Shown here one piece after another: positions 19,665 to 28,391 of a stretch of 64,000 nucleotides of DNA. The notes beneath the pieces were generated by a model. The model searched no databases, was not told the origin of the DNA, and saw nothing but the letters and a program-made list of their open reading frames with translations. The stretch lies in IMG/VR virus record IMGVR_UViG_3300045988_180399; one strand, written 5' to 3'. The DNA is from a virus. Every line of letters begins with the position of its first letter. Positions within the stretch are counted from its first letter, which is position 1. Made by a program: the position numbers and the translations under genes.

Positions 19665-21053
19665 ATGGAGCGATTGACCTGCTATGAAAGCATCCTATAC
19701 CAACTGCTTGTGTTCAATTATGCGACCAAGAAATCTCTTCTCTTGCTCAACTTTTCAAAAGATGCCATCTATCGTGCTGTTGAACGCGGGTTGGAAGAAC
19801 GAACCATCAGTGATGGGCGAATGACATACAACATCAAAGGCGTATCTCGCAAACATCAACTGACGTATCTCACTATAACACCAATCGGCATTGAATACCT
19901 CAAGCAGAAATGCTCACATAAAATCCAATGGCTTTCCAATCTCAGCGTCGAGGACTCCGAAAGAGTGCAAATCAAAGGCACGCGCTTTTCAACGAATTAC
20001 GCGGAACGGTTCCTTCGGTCAACAGTGTCAATGCAGATGGCGGTGGAAGCTGGCATCAGCGGAAAGATGATGTTTATAGTCAGGAGCGAGGAGGAAACGG
20101 AGAAGAGTGTTTTAGCCTCCAAACAGAAGATGAACACCGACGAGCAATCCGACCGCTGGTGGCTCGACGACATCGAGAGCATTCTTGGGGAAGATGGTGC
20201 GGACAATGACGAGGACGATTACGAGGAGGAAGATTGCGAAGCCGAATACGAAGTTGAGACCTGCGCAGCAGATGACGGAACGCCATTGATGAAGATGATA
20301 ATGGAAGCAACTAACGGAAATATAACGATTCGGAACAGAGGGGAAAAGAAAGATAGCCCCATATTCTATTCGTCCGATGAAGTTAAACGGGTCGAGCTGT
20401 CAACGCTGTCCGAGGAGCGGAAGAAGCAGGCAGCACGCGGGCTTATGATGTGCAGGCTCAGTGGTCTTTTAATCGGCTGTTTTCATAGCTACATTGTCTA
20501 TCTCGCAAACGCGAACGGCATGGATTGGCACGAGCACATTGTATCCAAGGAAATCACACTGAAAAACGGATTTTCCAGAAACGCGAACAGAGCCGGAACC
20601 ATCTCTCAGCAAAACAACGGAATACTCATTGTAAAGAACGCAAAAGACCTGGCCGACATTTACAGCGATAAGTTGAAAAGGCGGAAGCGGAAAGAGCATC
20701 TCGGAAAGGGCTTAGACCACCTTTATGTGCTGACGCTGGATAGAAAGGGCGTTGCACAGATGCGGACGCTGGCAGAGACCGACGTCGATGCGGAGGAGCG
20801 GGACATTATAGAGGCGGCGGTCGAGAGCGGCATCTATACGAAGAACACCGATGTGAGTGCGAAGCTGTTTCCACTCAAGACCAAAGACGGCTTGTTGATA
20901 TCCGTGGGAACCCTTATGGATATCCGGCGAGTCGATACATTGAAAGCAGTCTCGGAAAAGACACAGGTAGAGTATGGAATTCTGTGCGAAGAATGGCAGA
21001 TACCGTACTATGAAGCAATGGAGCAGGATGTCAAATACATGACAGTCTCTTAA
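19665..21053 (+). CDS. hypothetical protein (acidic central region)
   Basis: 462 aa ORF after A-rich 290-nt intergenic region. Confidence 0.45.
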   Translation: MERLTCYESILYQLLVFNYATKKSLLLLNFSKDAIYRAVERGLEERTISDGRMTYNIKGVSRKHQLTYLTITPIGIEYLKQKCSHKIQWLSNLSVEDSERVQIKGTRFSTNYAERFLRSTVSMQMAVEAGISGKMMFIVRSEEETEKSVLASKQKMNTDEQSDRWWLDDIESILGEDGADNDEDDYEEEDCEAEYEVETCAADDGTPLMKMIMEATNGNITIRNRGEKKDSPIFYSSDEVKRVELSTLSEERKKQAARGLMMCRLSGLLIGCFHSYIVYLANANGMDWHEHIVSKEITLKNGFSRNANRAGTISQQNNGILIVKNAKDLADIYSDKLKRRKRKEHLGKGLDHLYVLTLDRKGVAQMRTLAETDVDAEERDIIEAAVESGIYTKNTDVSAKLFPLKTKDGLLISVGTLMDIRRVDTLKAVSEKTQVEYGILCEEWQIPYYEAMEQDVKYMTVS

Positions 21054-21073
21054 CTGCATGAGGAGGATACAGT

Positions 21074-21559
21074 ATGGAACAGAAATATTTAGTACGAATC
21101 AAAAGCGATGTCAGGGAAGCCGAGTTCGATGTGACCGGCGAGAACGGAGTGTGTACGAGCGTAAGACTGAAATCACTCCGCTACCTGAAGGCAAACCCGA
21201 ACAGTGGACATGGGGAAGTAATGGATGCACACATCTATGAGAACGATGACAGCCCCATGAACTCCAATATGCTCTATAAGTGGATTGTTCTGTGGGGTAG
21301 TATCCCGGAAGTCATCAAGGAAGTCGAAACGAACCTGCCCGTTGTTATGCTGGAAACGAATGTGGTGTGGGACGGTTTTGAGGAAGACGAAGGAAAATCG
21401 GAAATCTGCTATACCTATCCGTTCTCCCACGCATGGGGTGGCAAATACGCAAAGTACGCAATTTCCAAGGTACTATTCAGCGGCCAAGGCGAAATGGTTG
21501 CAAAAATGTTCAATAAAAATCTGGAAGATGTCCGTGTCCTCGTTCCCGAATTCTGCTGA
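21074..21559 (+). CDS. hypothetical protein
   Basis: 161 aa ORF with GGAGG RBS. Confidence 0.45.
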   Translation: MEQKYLVRIKSDVREAEFDVTGENGVCTSVRLKSLRYLKANPNSGHGEVMDAHIYENDDSPMNSNMLYKWIVLWGSIPEVIKEVETNLPVVMLETNVVWDGFEEDEGKSEICYTYPFSHAWGGKYAKYAISKVLFSGQGEMVAKMFNKNLEDVRVLVPEFC

Positions 21560-21644
21560 GCGAATGCGAAGCTACGAAGCCAAAAAGTCAGCTTGTCAGA
21601 AACCGAGATATACGGTAGAATGAAGACATAGCTTTTGGGGGTGA

Positions 21645-23384
21645 TTGCTTATGTTGGATTCCATCAAAGATTGGTTTGTTGACCGGCTTCATAAGTACAT
21701 GGATGCCGCACGGGAAATTGTGGAGAGCGACGAGGGGATAAGGTCTGCGGAAACCTACTACAGTACAGTCAAGGCAACACTGAAAAAGGAAACCGCACTG
21801 CTCACTAAGACCTTCTGCATCGGCATGGGCGGAATTCTGGCGACCCAGCTGTGCGGATGGCTCGCCGAACTGCTCGGTCACGGTATCCTCAAGGTGATTA
21901 GCGCTGTGCTCGCACTCCTCTGTGTCTTCATTGTGGCCTTCATTTTGCCGGCGGTTATCGGTTTGTTGTTAATGCTCCGAACCTTCTTCTTTGCAAACCG
22001 CAGCATGGCGGACGAGTGGCAGAAAGTCGTATCGGACGAACAGTATGCGGATTATGTGGAGCAGAGCAAATTCTTGACCATGACTCGCGACAAAAATCAG
22101 AGGACAAAATGCCTTATCTATCTGGCCGCCTACGTTGCGGCCTTCGTCCTGGTCGTCTCGTTGTGGAAGGCTCTCGGCGTCGTCTCCTATGTGTTCTGCT
22201 ACCTTGGCATTGTCCTGCTGATTCCGTATAGCGCCTATTATGTCTCCGTTCTGCTGAAAGCCCTGTTTGCGACCGGCAAGATGTACGAGTTCAAACCTGG
22301 CGTAAGCGGGAAGACTGCGCAGCATATCCGTGAGGAGCGGCAACGCAGGCAGGAAGAGGCCAGACGCCGGGAAGCGGAGGCGAAGCAGGCCGAGGAAGCA
22401 GCGATTGCTGCGGAGCGAAGCGGCATCATCGCCCATGCGCGACAGTACATCGACACGCTGGAGCAGACGCATCCGGAGTATTGTTGTGTCAGAGCACAGA
22501 AGAGAGCGGAAGTAAAAAGCTGGATAACGGAGAAGTGCAGGCTCAATATCCCAGATGCCTTCTGCGACGCTTACTCCGACCTCACGCTCGGTGAGTGTGT
22601 GCTTCTCGAAAAATCGAAAAACATCTTGCACTTGCGCAGCGAAATAGAGGCCAAACATTTTCAACTCAATAGTCAGCTTAATCTGATACTGGAAGGCGTG
22701 ACTGGTCTCGCGGAAAGCGTGTGCTCGAACTACCGCAATCAAATCGCCAGCGCGGCGGCGGAAGCCGCTCGTGTGGAGCAGGAGCAGGAGGAGCGGGAGC
22801 GCAAAGCACGAGAACTGGGCGAAGCCGGTGAGAGGGAAGTGAATTACAAACTCAAGTGGTGGCTTGCAGAGCACAGTGCATACCGCAGCATCGCGGCAGA
22901 CTGCGTGAGCAAGTACAGCGGAGGATGTATCCGTATCGCCGCATGGGACTATATGAAAGAGCCACAGGAAATCGACCACCTTCTCGTAGGGCCTGCCGGC
23001 ATCATTCATATTGAGACAAAAAACTACGTTGGAACCATCCGCGTCGATGACACGAACTATTGGGACAGGGATATGCGAAATGCGGGGCATTTCACCACAA
23101 CGGAAAGCCCCGCCTTCCAAGTTAAGCGTCACGCTGCCTTACTGTCGAAAATCGTTGGTGAGGATGTTCCGGTATGCGGCATCATCTGCCTTGCCAACCC
23201 AAATGTAAAATTGCAGGATGCGGACAACAGCGAAATCCCGGTCGTAAAACTCGGCGAGCTGCCGGAACTGCTTGACGCACTGGATAAATCCACCGCCAGT
23301 CCTCTAACTGCGCAGAAGGTAACAGAAGTGATTGGAAAAATCGAAAAGGCCAAAGTGAGAGGGGTTCCTCAGAATGACAAATAA
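21645..23384 (+). CDS. NERD (nuclease-related) domain protein with N-terminal TM helices and coiled-coil
   Basis: 579 aa; 3-4 TM helices (res 60-200), E/R/Q-rich coiled-coil, C-terminal NERD motif DHLLVGPAGIIHIETKNYVG. Confidence 0.6.
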   Translation: MLMLDSIKDWFVDRLHKYMDAAREIVESDEGIRSAETYYSTVKATLKKETALLTKTFCIGMGGILATQLCGWLAELLGHGILKVISAVLALLCVFIVAFILPAVIGLLLMLRTFFFANRSMADEWQKVVSDEQYADYVEQSKFLTMTRDKNQRTKCLIYLAAYVAAFVLVVSLWKALGVVSYVFCYLGIVLLIPYSAYYVSVLLKALFATGKMYEFKPGVSGKTAQHIREERQRRQEEARRREAEAKQAEEAAIAAERSGIIAHARQYIDTLEQTHPEYCCVRAQKRAEVKSWITEKCRLNIPDAFCDAYSDLTLGECVLLEKSKNILHLRSEIEAKHFQLNSQLNLILEGVTGLAESVCSNYRNQIASAAAEAARVEQEQEERERKARELGEAGEREVNYKLKWWLAEHSAYRSIAADCVSKYSGGCIRIAAWDYMKEPQEIDHLLVGPAGIIHIETKNYVGTIRVDDTNYWDRDMRNAGHFTTTESPAFQVKRHAALLSKIVGEDVPVCGIICLANPNVKLQDADNSEIPVVKLGELPELLDALDKSTASPLTAQKVTEVIGKIEKAKVRGVPQNDK

Positions 23385-23778
23385 ATTCCCTGAGCCAACC
23401 TGTACCAAACGGGCATCCATTCACCCAGGTATGCCAGTAGATATCGTACTCAAAGCAGACCAGCCGACAGGTAAACTCACACGCGGCGTCGTGAAGCGGA
23501 TTCTCACCAACAGTCCAACACATCCACGCGGTATTAAGGTCATGCTGGAGGATGGACAAGTTGGACGGGTCCAGCGCCTTGCCGGTCCGCAGGAATGCCG
23601 CAAGTGTAGAAACCGCATCGTTCTCCACGCTTTCTCAGACGGCTTTTGTCAGGTCTGCGGCAGACATATCACCTGCGCTGATACTCCGGCCGATGTCCTC
23701 TGCGGATGCTGCGCCGCAACGTCGAACCGTTGCGTGCATTGCGGAGCGGCCTTGGAACCGGAAGACTCTATTGAGTGA
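23374..23778 (+). CDS. YwbE/DUF2196-like protein with C-terminal Cys/His-rich zinc-binding tail
   Basis: 134 aa; N-terminal half matches YwbE family pattern (GxVKRILTNSxxHPRGIKVxLEDGxVGRVQ); overlaps NERD gene end. Confidence 0.45.
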   Translation: MTNKFPEPTCTKRASIHPGMPVDIVLKADQPTGKLTRGVVKRILTNSPTHPRGIKVMLEDGQVGRVQRLAGPQECRKCRNRIVLHAFSDGFCQVCGRHITCADTPADVLCGCCAATSNRCVHCGAALEPEDSIE

Positions 23779-23870
23779 GACGTGCAAAGGCTGCACACGA
23801 TTGAAGTTATATCGTTTGGGCAGACAGGTGGGACGTGTTCAGCGTCTCACCTGTCTTCTTCTATGCAAAA

Positions 23871-23899
23871 TTGACTTACAAGGTGTTATGTGGTATAAT
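23871..23899 (+). promoter_or_regulatory. sigma-A type promoter TTGACT-N17-TGTGGTATAAT
   Basis: -35 23871-23876, -10 23894-23899, extended TGTGG. Confidence 0.65.
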
Positions 23900-23932
23900 A
23901 TATTTACAAAATAAAACTGGAGGTAATACATA

Positions 23933-25426
23933 ATGGAAAATCTCGTGAAGCTGCTGCCTGTAATTGCAGTCGTGGCCCTTGTGGTAATCATCTTTCTTCT
24001 GGGCTATGTAAAGGCTCCGCCCGATGTGGCCTACATCATTTCCGGTATACGAAAAAAGCCCCGCGTTCTGATTGGGCGAGCAGGTATCCGAATTCCATTT
24101 CTGGAGCGTGTAGATAAGCTCATTGTCCGGCAAATCTCCATCGACATCAAGTCGGAAGGCTATATCCCGACCAACGACTTCATCGGCGTCGATGTGGACG
24201 CGGTTGCCAAGGTCAGAGTCAAGACGGACCCGGAAGGCATCCAGCTCGCCATGAAGAACTTTCTGAATATGCGGGAAGCGGATTTCAGCTGCGCCATCGC
24301 GGATTCTCTCCAGGGCAATATGCGCGAAATCATCGGCACCATCTCTCTCAAGGAAATCTGCAATGACCGAAAGAAATTCGGTGACGAGGTACAGTCAAAA
24401 GCACAGACAGATATGAGTGCGCTCGGTATCGAAATCATCTCCTGCAATATCCAGCGTGTCACGGACGAAAACAGCTTAATCAACTCCCTCGGTCAGGACA
24501 ATATGAGCAAAATCCAGAAGGATGCTGCTATCGCCAAAGCTGAGGCGGAGCGTGACGTGGCTATCGCTCAGGCGCAGGCAGCCAAGGCGTCTAACGATGC
24601 CAAAGTCGAGTCCGAAATGCAAATCGCTCAGAAGCTGAACGACCTCTCCATCCGCAAAGCTGAACTCAAGGTTCAGGAGGATACGAAGAAGGCCGAGGCC
24701 GATGCCGCGTATACCATCCAGCAGCAGGAACAGCAGCGCTCCATTGAGACGGCTACCGTAAATGCGCAAATCGCCAAGGCAGAACGCGAAGCGGAGCTGA
24801 AAAACAAAGAGGTCGAAGTTAAGAAGCAGTCTCTGGATGCGGAGGTCCGCGCACAGGCGGATGCCGACCTCTACCGACGTCAGAAGGACGCGGAGGCGCA
24901 GCTTTTCGAGCGCCAGCGTGAGGCAGATGCAAAGAGGGCAGAGGCGGATGCCATCAAGTATGCCCGTGAGCAGGAAGCAGCGGGTATTGCCGCAGTCGGC
25001 GCAGCGGAGGCTAATGTCATCCGCGCCAAGGCCGTTGCCGAAGCAGAAGGTATCGACAAGAAGGCCGAGGCTATGAAGAAATACGGCGACGCGGCCATCG
25101 TTGAGATGATTATGAACGCTTTGCCGGAAATCGCCAAGAATGTCGCTGAACCGCTCAGCAAAGTGGATAAAATCACGATGTACGGCGAAGGCAACAGTGC
25201 GAAGCTGTTGGGCGACATCATCAACGGTACTACGCAGGTCACAGAGGGCCTTTCTTCCGGAATGGGGTTGGATATTAAGCCTCTTATTGCTGGAGCCATC
25301 GGCGGCAAGCTCACGGCCCAGCAGACCTCTCCTGTCATCGTCATGGACAAGCCGGACAATACGGCAGCTCCCACACAGCCGCAGGAACCGCCTGCCAAGA
25401 ACGACGCGGACGGCAAGGCTGAATAA
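23933..25426 (+). CDS. flotillin / SPFH (band-7) family protein
   Basis: 497 aa; N-terminal TM, SPFH domain, long A/E/K/Q-rich coiled-coil flotillin region. Confidence 0.7.
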   Translation: MENLVKLLPVIAVVALVVIIFLLGYVKAPPDVAYIISGIRKKPRVLIGRAGIRIPFLERVDKLIVRQISIDIKSEGYIPTNDFIGVDVDAVAKVRVKTDPEGIQLAMKNFLNMREADFSCAIADSLQGNMREIIGTISLKEICNDRKKFGDEVQSKAQTDMSALGIEIISCNIQRVTDENSLINSLGQDNMSKIQKDAAIAKAEAERDVAIAQAQAAKASNDAKVESEMQIAQKLNDLSIRKAELKVQEDTKKAEADAAYTIQQQEQQRSIETATVNAQIAKAEREAELKNKEVEVKKQSLDAEVRAQADADLYRRQKDAEAQLFERQREADAKRAEADAIKYAREQEAAGIAAVGAAEANVIRAKAVAEAEGIDKKAEAMKKYGDAAIVEMIMNALPEIAKNVAEPLSKVDKITMYGEGNSAKLLGDIINGTTQVTEGLSSGMGLDIKPLIAGAIGGKLTAQQTSPVIVMDKPDNTAAPTQPQEPPAKNDADGKAE

Positions 25427-25465
25427 TACATAGCTGACTGCGGCAGCCCCTTCCAAACAGAACAA

Positions 25466-25498
25466 ATCACTCCTCCGGCAGTGGGGGAGTGATTTTTT
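25466..25498 (+). terminator. rho-independent terminator
   Basis: TCACTCC...GGAGTGA + TTTTTT. Confidence 0.6.
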
Positions 25499-25518
25499 GC
25501 ACATTTTGGATATTGTGC

Positions 25519-25547
25519 TTGACAAGCCGAAAAGCAGGTGATATATT
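25519..25547 (+). promoter_or_regulatory. sigma-A type promoter TTGACA-N17-TATATT
   Basis: -35 25519-25524, -10 25542-25547. Confidence 0.55.
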
Positions 25548-25585
25548 AAAAGTGTACTTAGATAGCGTACCATTAAATATCAAAG

Positions 25586-26155
25586 GTGATTGAAGTGAGT
25601 ATAGATAAGAATGAAAAGAAGCCGACGGAAAAGAACCGCATCCGGAAGCAGCGTCGGGACTTCAAGCTATCTCAGCGGGAATTTTCCCGTGCCACCGGCA
25701 TCCCACTGGGGACGGTCCGGAACTGGGAGCAGGAAAAGTGCAACCCGCCGGAGTATCTCTACGGGATGCTGTATGAACTGCTAAGGAGGAATTCTATGCT
25801 GAACGTAAAGACGTTGAAGGTAATCTCCCTGCTGAATGAACTGGCAAAGAAAGAAAAGAACGGCATCAGGGAATTCAAAAATGCCAACGAGGGCAACAGG
25901 GAGACATTCGTTTTCTATGATGCGACGTCCTGCATGCGGCGGGAGGATGGTGCGCTGCTCTATAAGGTCCCATACGATATGTGCATCATCGACGACGAGA
26001 CAAACAAACATCACGACATCATCTCTTACTACGGAGACGATGACTATAGTGTAATGGTCGTTGATGACAGGGACGGAGAGCTTTTTCTGGAAGTACATTT
26101 TCCTGCCGAGGAAGAATTCATAGAATTCAGCAACGGGGAGTGGTACTTCGCGTGA
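25586..26155 (+). CDS. XRE-family HTH transcriptional regulator with C-terminal uncharacterised domain
   Basis: 189 aa (GTG start); HTH LSQREFSRATGIPLGTVRNWEQEK. Confidence 0.6.
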   Translation: MIEVSIDKNEKKPTEKNRIRKQRRDFKLSQREFSRATGIPLGTVRNWEQEKCNPPEYLYGMLYELLRRNSMLNVKTLKVISLLNELAKKEKNGIREFKNANEGNRETFVFYDATSCMRREDGALLYKVPYDMCIIDDETNKHHDIISYYGDDDYSVMVVDDRDGELFLEVHFPAEEEFIEFSNGEWYFA

Positions 26156-26186
26156 TTCACGCGAAGGCCATTTCTATACGCATTAA

Positions 26187-26215
26187 ATTGACTTTTTAGC
26201 TAATATGTGGTATAA
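26187..26215 (+). promoter_or_regulatory. sigma-A type promoter TTGACT-N17-TGTGGTATAAT
   Basis: -35 26187-26192, -10 26210-26215; shares 19-mer AGCTAATATGTGGTATAAT with promoter at 30916. Confidence 0.65.
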
Positions 26216-26262
26216 TAAAAGCGTGGAGTGAATGAAGAAAATTGCGAAAAGGATGTGTTTTC

Positions 26263-26451
26263 ATGCCTAAGAAACAACGCAATCGCGCACCAAAATATCC
26301 TCAGATACAGAGATTCGCTATCACATTCTCCCGTGACGGACACGGCGTTCCGACCTATACCCTCAACGAGCTGCACGAGAACGGAGACTGTGAGAAACTC
26401 AAGAGCTGCACGGACAGCGAGGAGATGCTCAAGTTCATTGTAGGCGATTAG
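26263..26451 (+). CDS. small hypothetical protein (paralog of 28159..28371)
   Basis: 62 aa; ...ITFSRDGHGVPTYTLNELHENGDCEKLKSCTDSEEMLKFI aligns with ...ITARDGAHYAITQ..PTFTLWSVSEDGGYAKLKSSTDYDALGSLI. Confidence 0.45.
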   Translation: MPKKQRNRAPKYPQIQRFAITFSRDGHGVPTYTLNELHENGDCEKLKSCTDSEEMLKFIVGD

Positions 26452-26479
26452 AATATTTTGAGGGGAGTCAGGAACAGCG

Positions 26480-27157
26480 ATGTGGAAAGAGATATTGCCG
26501 CCAGATGTGCAGGCGCTGGGTGCCGGACTTGCTGAGCGGGCGGCGCGTGAGCGTGAGGCGGGGCATACGATATACCCGCCGCAGGAGCAGATATTCCGTG
26601 CGTTGGAGCTTACCCCGCCGGAGAAGGTGAAGGTATGCCTTGTCGGGCAAGACCCATATCACGAGGCGGGGCAGGCGAACGGGCTGTGTTTTTCAGTAAA
26701 CCGTGGTGTGCTGTTTCCTCCGTCGCTCAGGAACATCTTCAAGGAGCTGGTCAGTGATATTGGTTGTCCGTATCCGAAAAGTGGAGACCTGACTCACTGG
26801 GCGAAACAAGGCGTGCTCATGCTCAATACCGTACTTACGGTACAGGAGGGTGCCGCAAACAGCCATAAAAACTGGGGGTGGCAGAACTTCACGCAGGCGG
26901 TATTCGCGGCGTGTGCGAAGCTGCCGCAGCCGATTGTGTTCATCACATGGGGCGGACAGGCGAGAGCTTTTCTTGCCGGAATTCCAATTTCACAACTGCC
27001 TAATAAGGGTGTGGTATTTTCAAGTCATCCAAGCCCCCTTGGAGCGCGAAAAGGAAACGATGTAGTAAAAGCGTTCATCGGCAGCAGACCTTTTTCTCAA
27101 ACTAACAGATTGTTGGAACAGATGGGAAGCACACCAATTCACTGGGAGCTTCCATAG
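26480..27157 (+). CDS. ung: uracil-DNA glycosylase, family 1
   Basis: 225 aa; GQDPYH water-activating loop, HPSPL(G) DNA-intercalation loop, overall UNG length/order of motifs. Confidence 0.9.
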   Translation: MWKEILPPDVQALGAGLAERAAREREAGHTIYPPQEQIFRALELTPPEKVKVCLVGQDPYHEAGQANGLCFSVNRGVLFPPSLRNIFKELVSDIGCPYPKSGDLTHWAKQGVLMLNTVLTVQEGAANSHKNWGWQNFTQAVFAACAKLPQPIVFITWGGQARAFLAGIPISQLPNKGVVFSSHPSPLGARKGNDVVKAFIGSRPFSQTNRLLEQMGSTPIHWELP

Positions 27158-27177
27158 CCGAACAGGAGGATATCATT

Positions 27178-27708
27178 TTGAACTTTCCGATTATCATGTC
27201 CCTTTGGCTTATGCGGCAGGGGCTTGATGACGATACAGATACGGACATGACAAACGCCAGCGCACTCGAATCAGCTGCATTTGCGCTTTGCTGTATTGTC
27301 GCGGCCACGATTTTGTGCGTTGCATCGGCCTTCGCGTGGGATTTACTTTCAGACTTTCACTTTTTTCTGAATGATTCTATGGCACTTCTTGCGGCGTATA
27401 TTATCTTTCTCTTTGTTTCCGTTGTTGGAAGCATTGGCTTCGGCGTTGTCGCGGTTTGTGAACTCGTGTATCTCTACCGAGTGCAAACCCCTGAGAGGAA
27501 GGTAATTGTGCAGAGGGTTTTATTTCTGCTTGCGGCTGTGGCTGCACTCATTTGCATTACAGTTTATGGAAGCAAAGAATCAAACAAAACGGAACCAGAC
27601 ACTCTCACGTTTCAGGCAGGAGCGCCAATTATTATTTCAAGTGAGGGAGCCTATTCCGTCATTGAGTGCTCAGACGGAGAAATTGTCATAAGCAAAGTGG
27701 CTGATTAA
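27178..27708 (+). CDS. hypothetical membrane protein
   Basis: 176 aa; 3-4 predicted TM helices. Confidence 0.45.
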   Translation: MNFPIIMSLWLMRQGLDDDTDTDMTNASALESAAFALCCIVAATILCVASAFAWDLLSDFHFFLNDSMALLAAYIIFLFVSVVGSIGFGVVAVCELVYLYRVQTPERKVIVQRVLFLLAAVAALICITVYGSKESNKTEPDTLTFQAGAPIIISSEGAYSVIECSDGEIVISKVAD

Positions 27709-27734
27709 CTTTCCTTGAAGAGGAGGACGATACT

Positions 27735-28178
27735 ATGCAGGACAAACTCTGGCTCTCTACCATTAGTGTCGGGCGCGAACTCGTGCTCGTACCGTATGGC
27801 AATTTTGCAAGGACCGCTGGCGGCAGAACACCAATCACAAGAACCGTTACAAAAGTCGGCAAGAAGTATTTCTACATCGGCAACGACGCCTTCAGCCGCA
27901 TGACCGGCGAGTATATTGACCGAGAGGAATTCAACGGCGGCTATGTGCTCTATCCGGATATGGCAGCCTATGAGGAAGCGGTCCGCACAGCAGACGAGCG
28001 CTCTGCCATCAAGAAAATCGTTGATGCTGATTTTTACGGATACGACCCATTCAGTTGCTGGCGAACATACACTGTCTCGGATGCGGCTGTCCATGAGATA
28101 TACCGCATTCTGGTTGAGTGCGGTGCTATCAAAACCAGTACGGAGGAGGGAAAGCCTGATGGCAAAAGCGCAGAATAG
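27735..28178 (+). CDS. hypothetical protein
   Basis: 147 aa ORF with GGAGGA RBS. Confidence 0.45.
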   Translation: MQDKLWLSTISVGRELVLVPYGNFARTAGGRTPITRTVTKVGKKYFYIGNDAFSRMTGEYIDREEFNGGYVLYPDMAAYEEAVRTADERSAIKKIVDADFYGYDPFSCWRTYTVSDAAVHEIYRILVECGAIKTSTEEGKPDGKSAE

Positions 28179-28371
28179 TCTTCCTCCGGAGGAGACACGA
28201 TACCCTGGTGTGTCCATCACCGCACGGGACGGAGCACACTATGCCATCACACAGAGGCGTGACGATGGCCATACACCAACCTTCACGCTCTGGAGCGTTA
28301 GCGAGGACGGCGGCTACGCCAAACTCAAAAGCAGCACAGACTACGACGCCTTGGGTAGTCTGATTTTCTGA
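28159..28371 (+). CDS. small hypothetical protein (paralog of 26263..26451)
   Basis: 70 aa from ATG 28159 after GGAGG; overlaps upstream ORF by 20 nt. Confidence 0.4.
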   Translation: MAKAQNSLPPEETRYPGVSITARDGAHYAITQRRDDGHTPTFTLWSVSEDGGYAKLKSSTDYDALGSLIF

Positions 28372-28391
28372 AGCACAGGGAGGGACCGACC

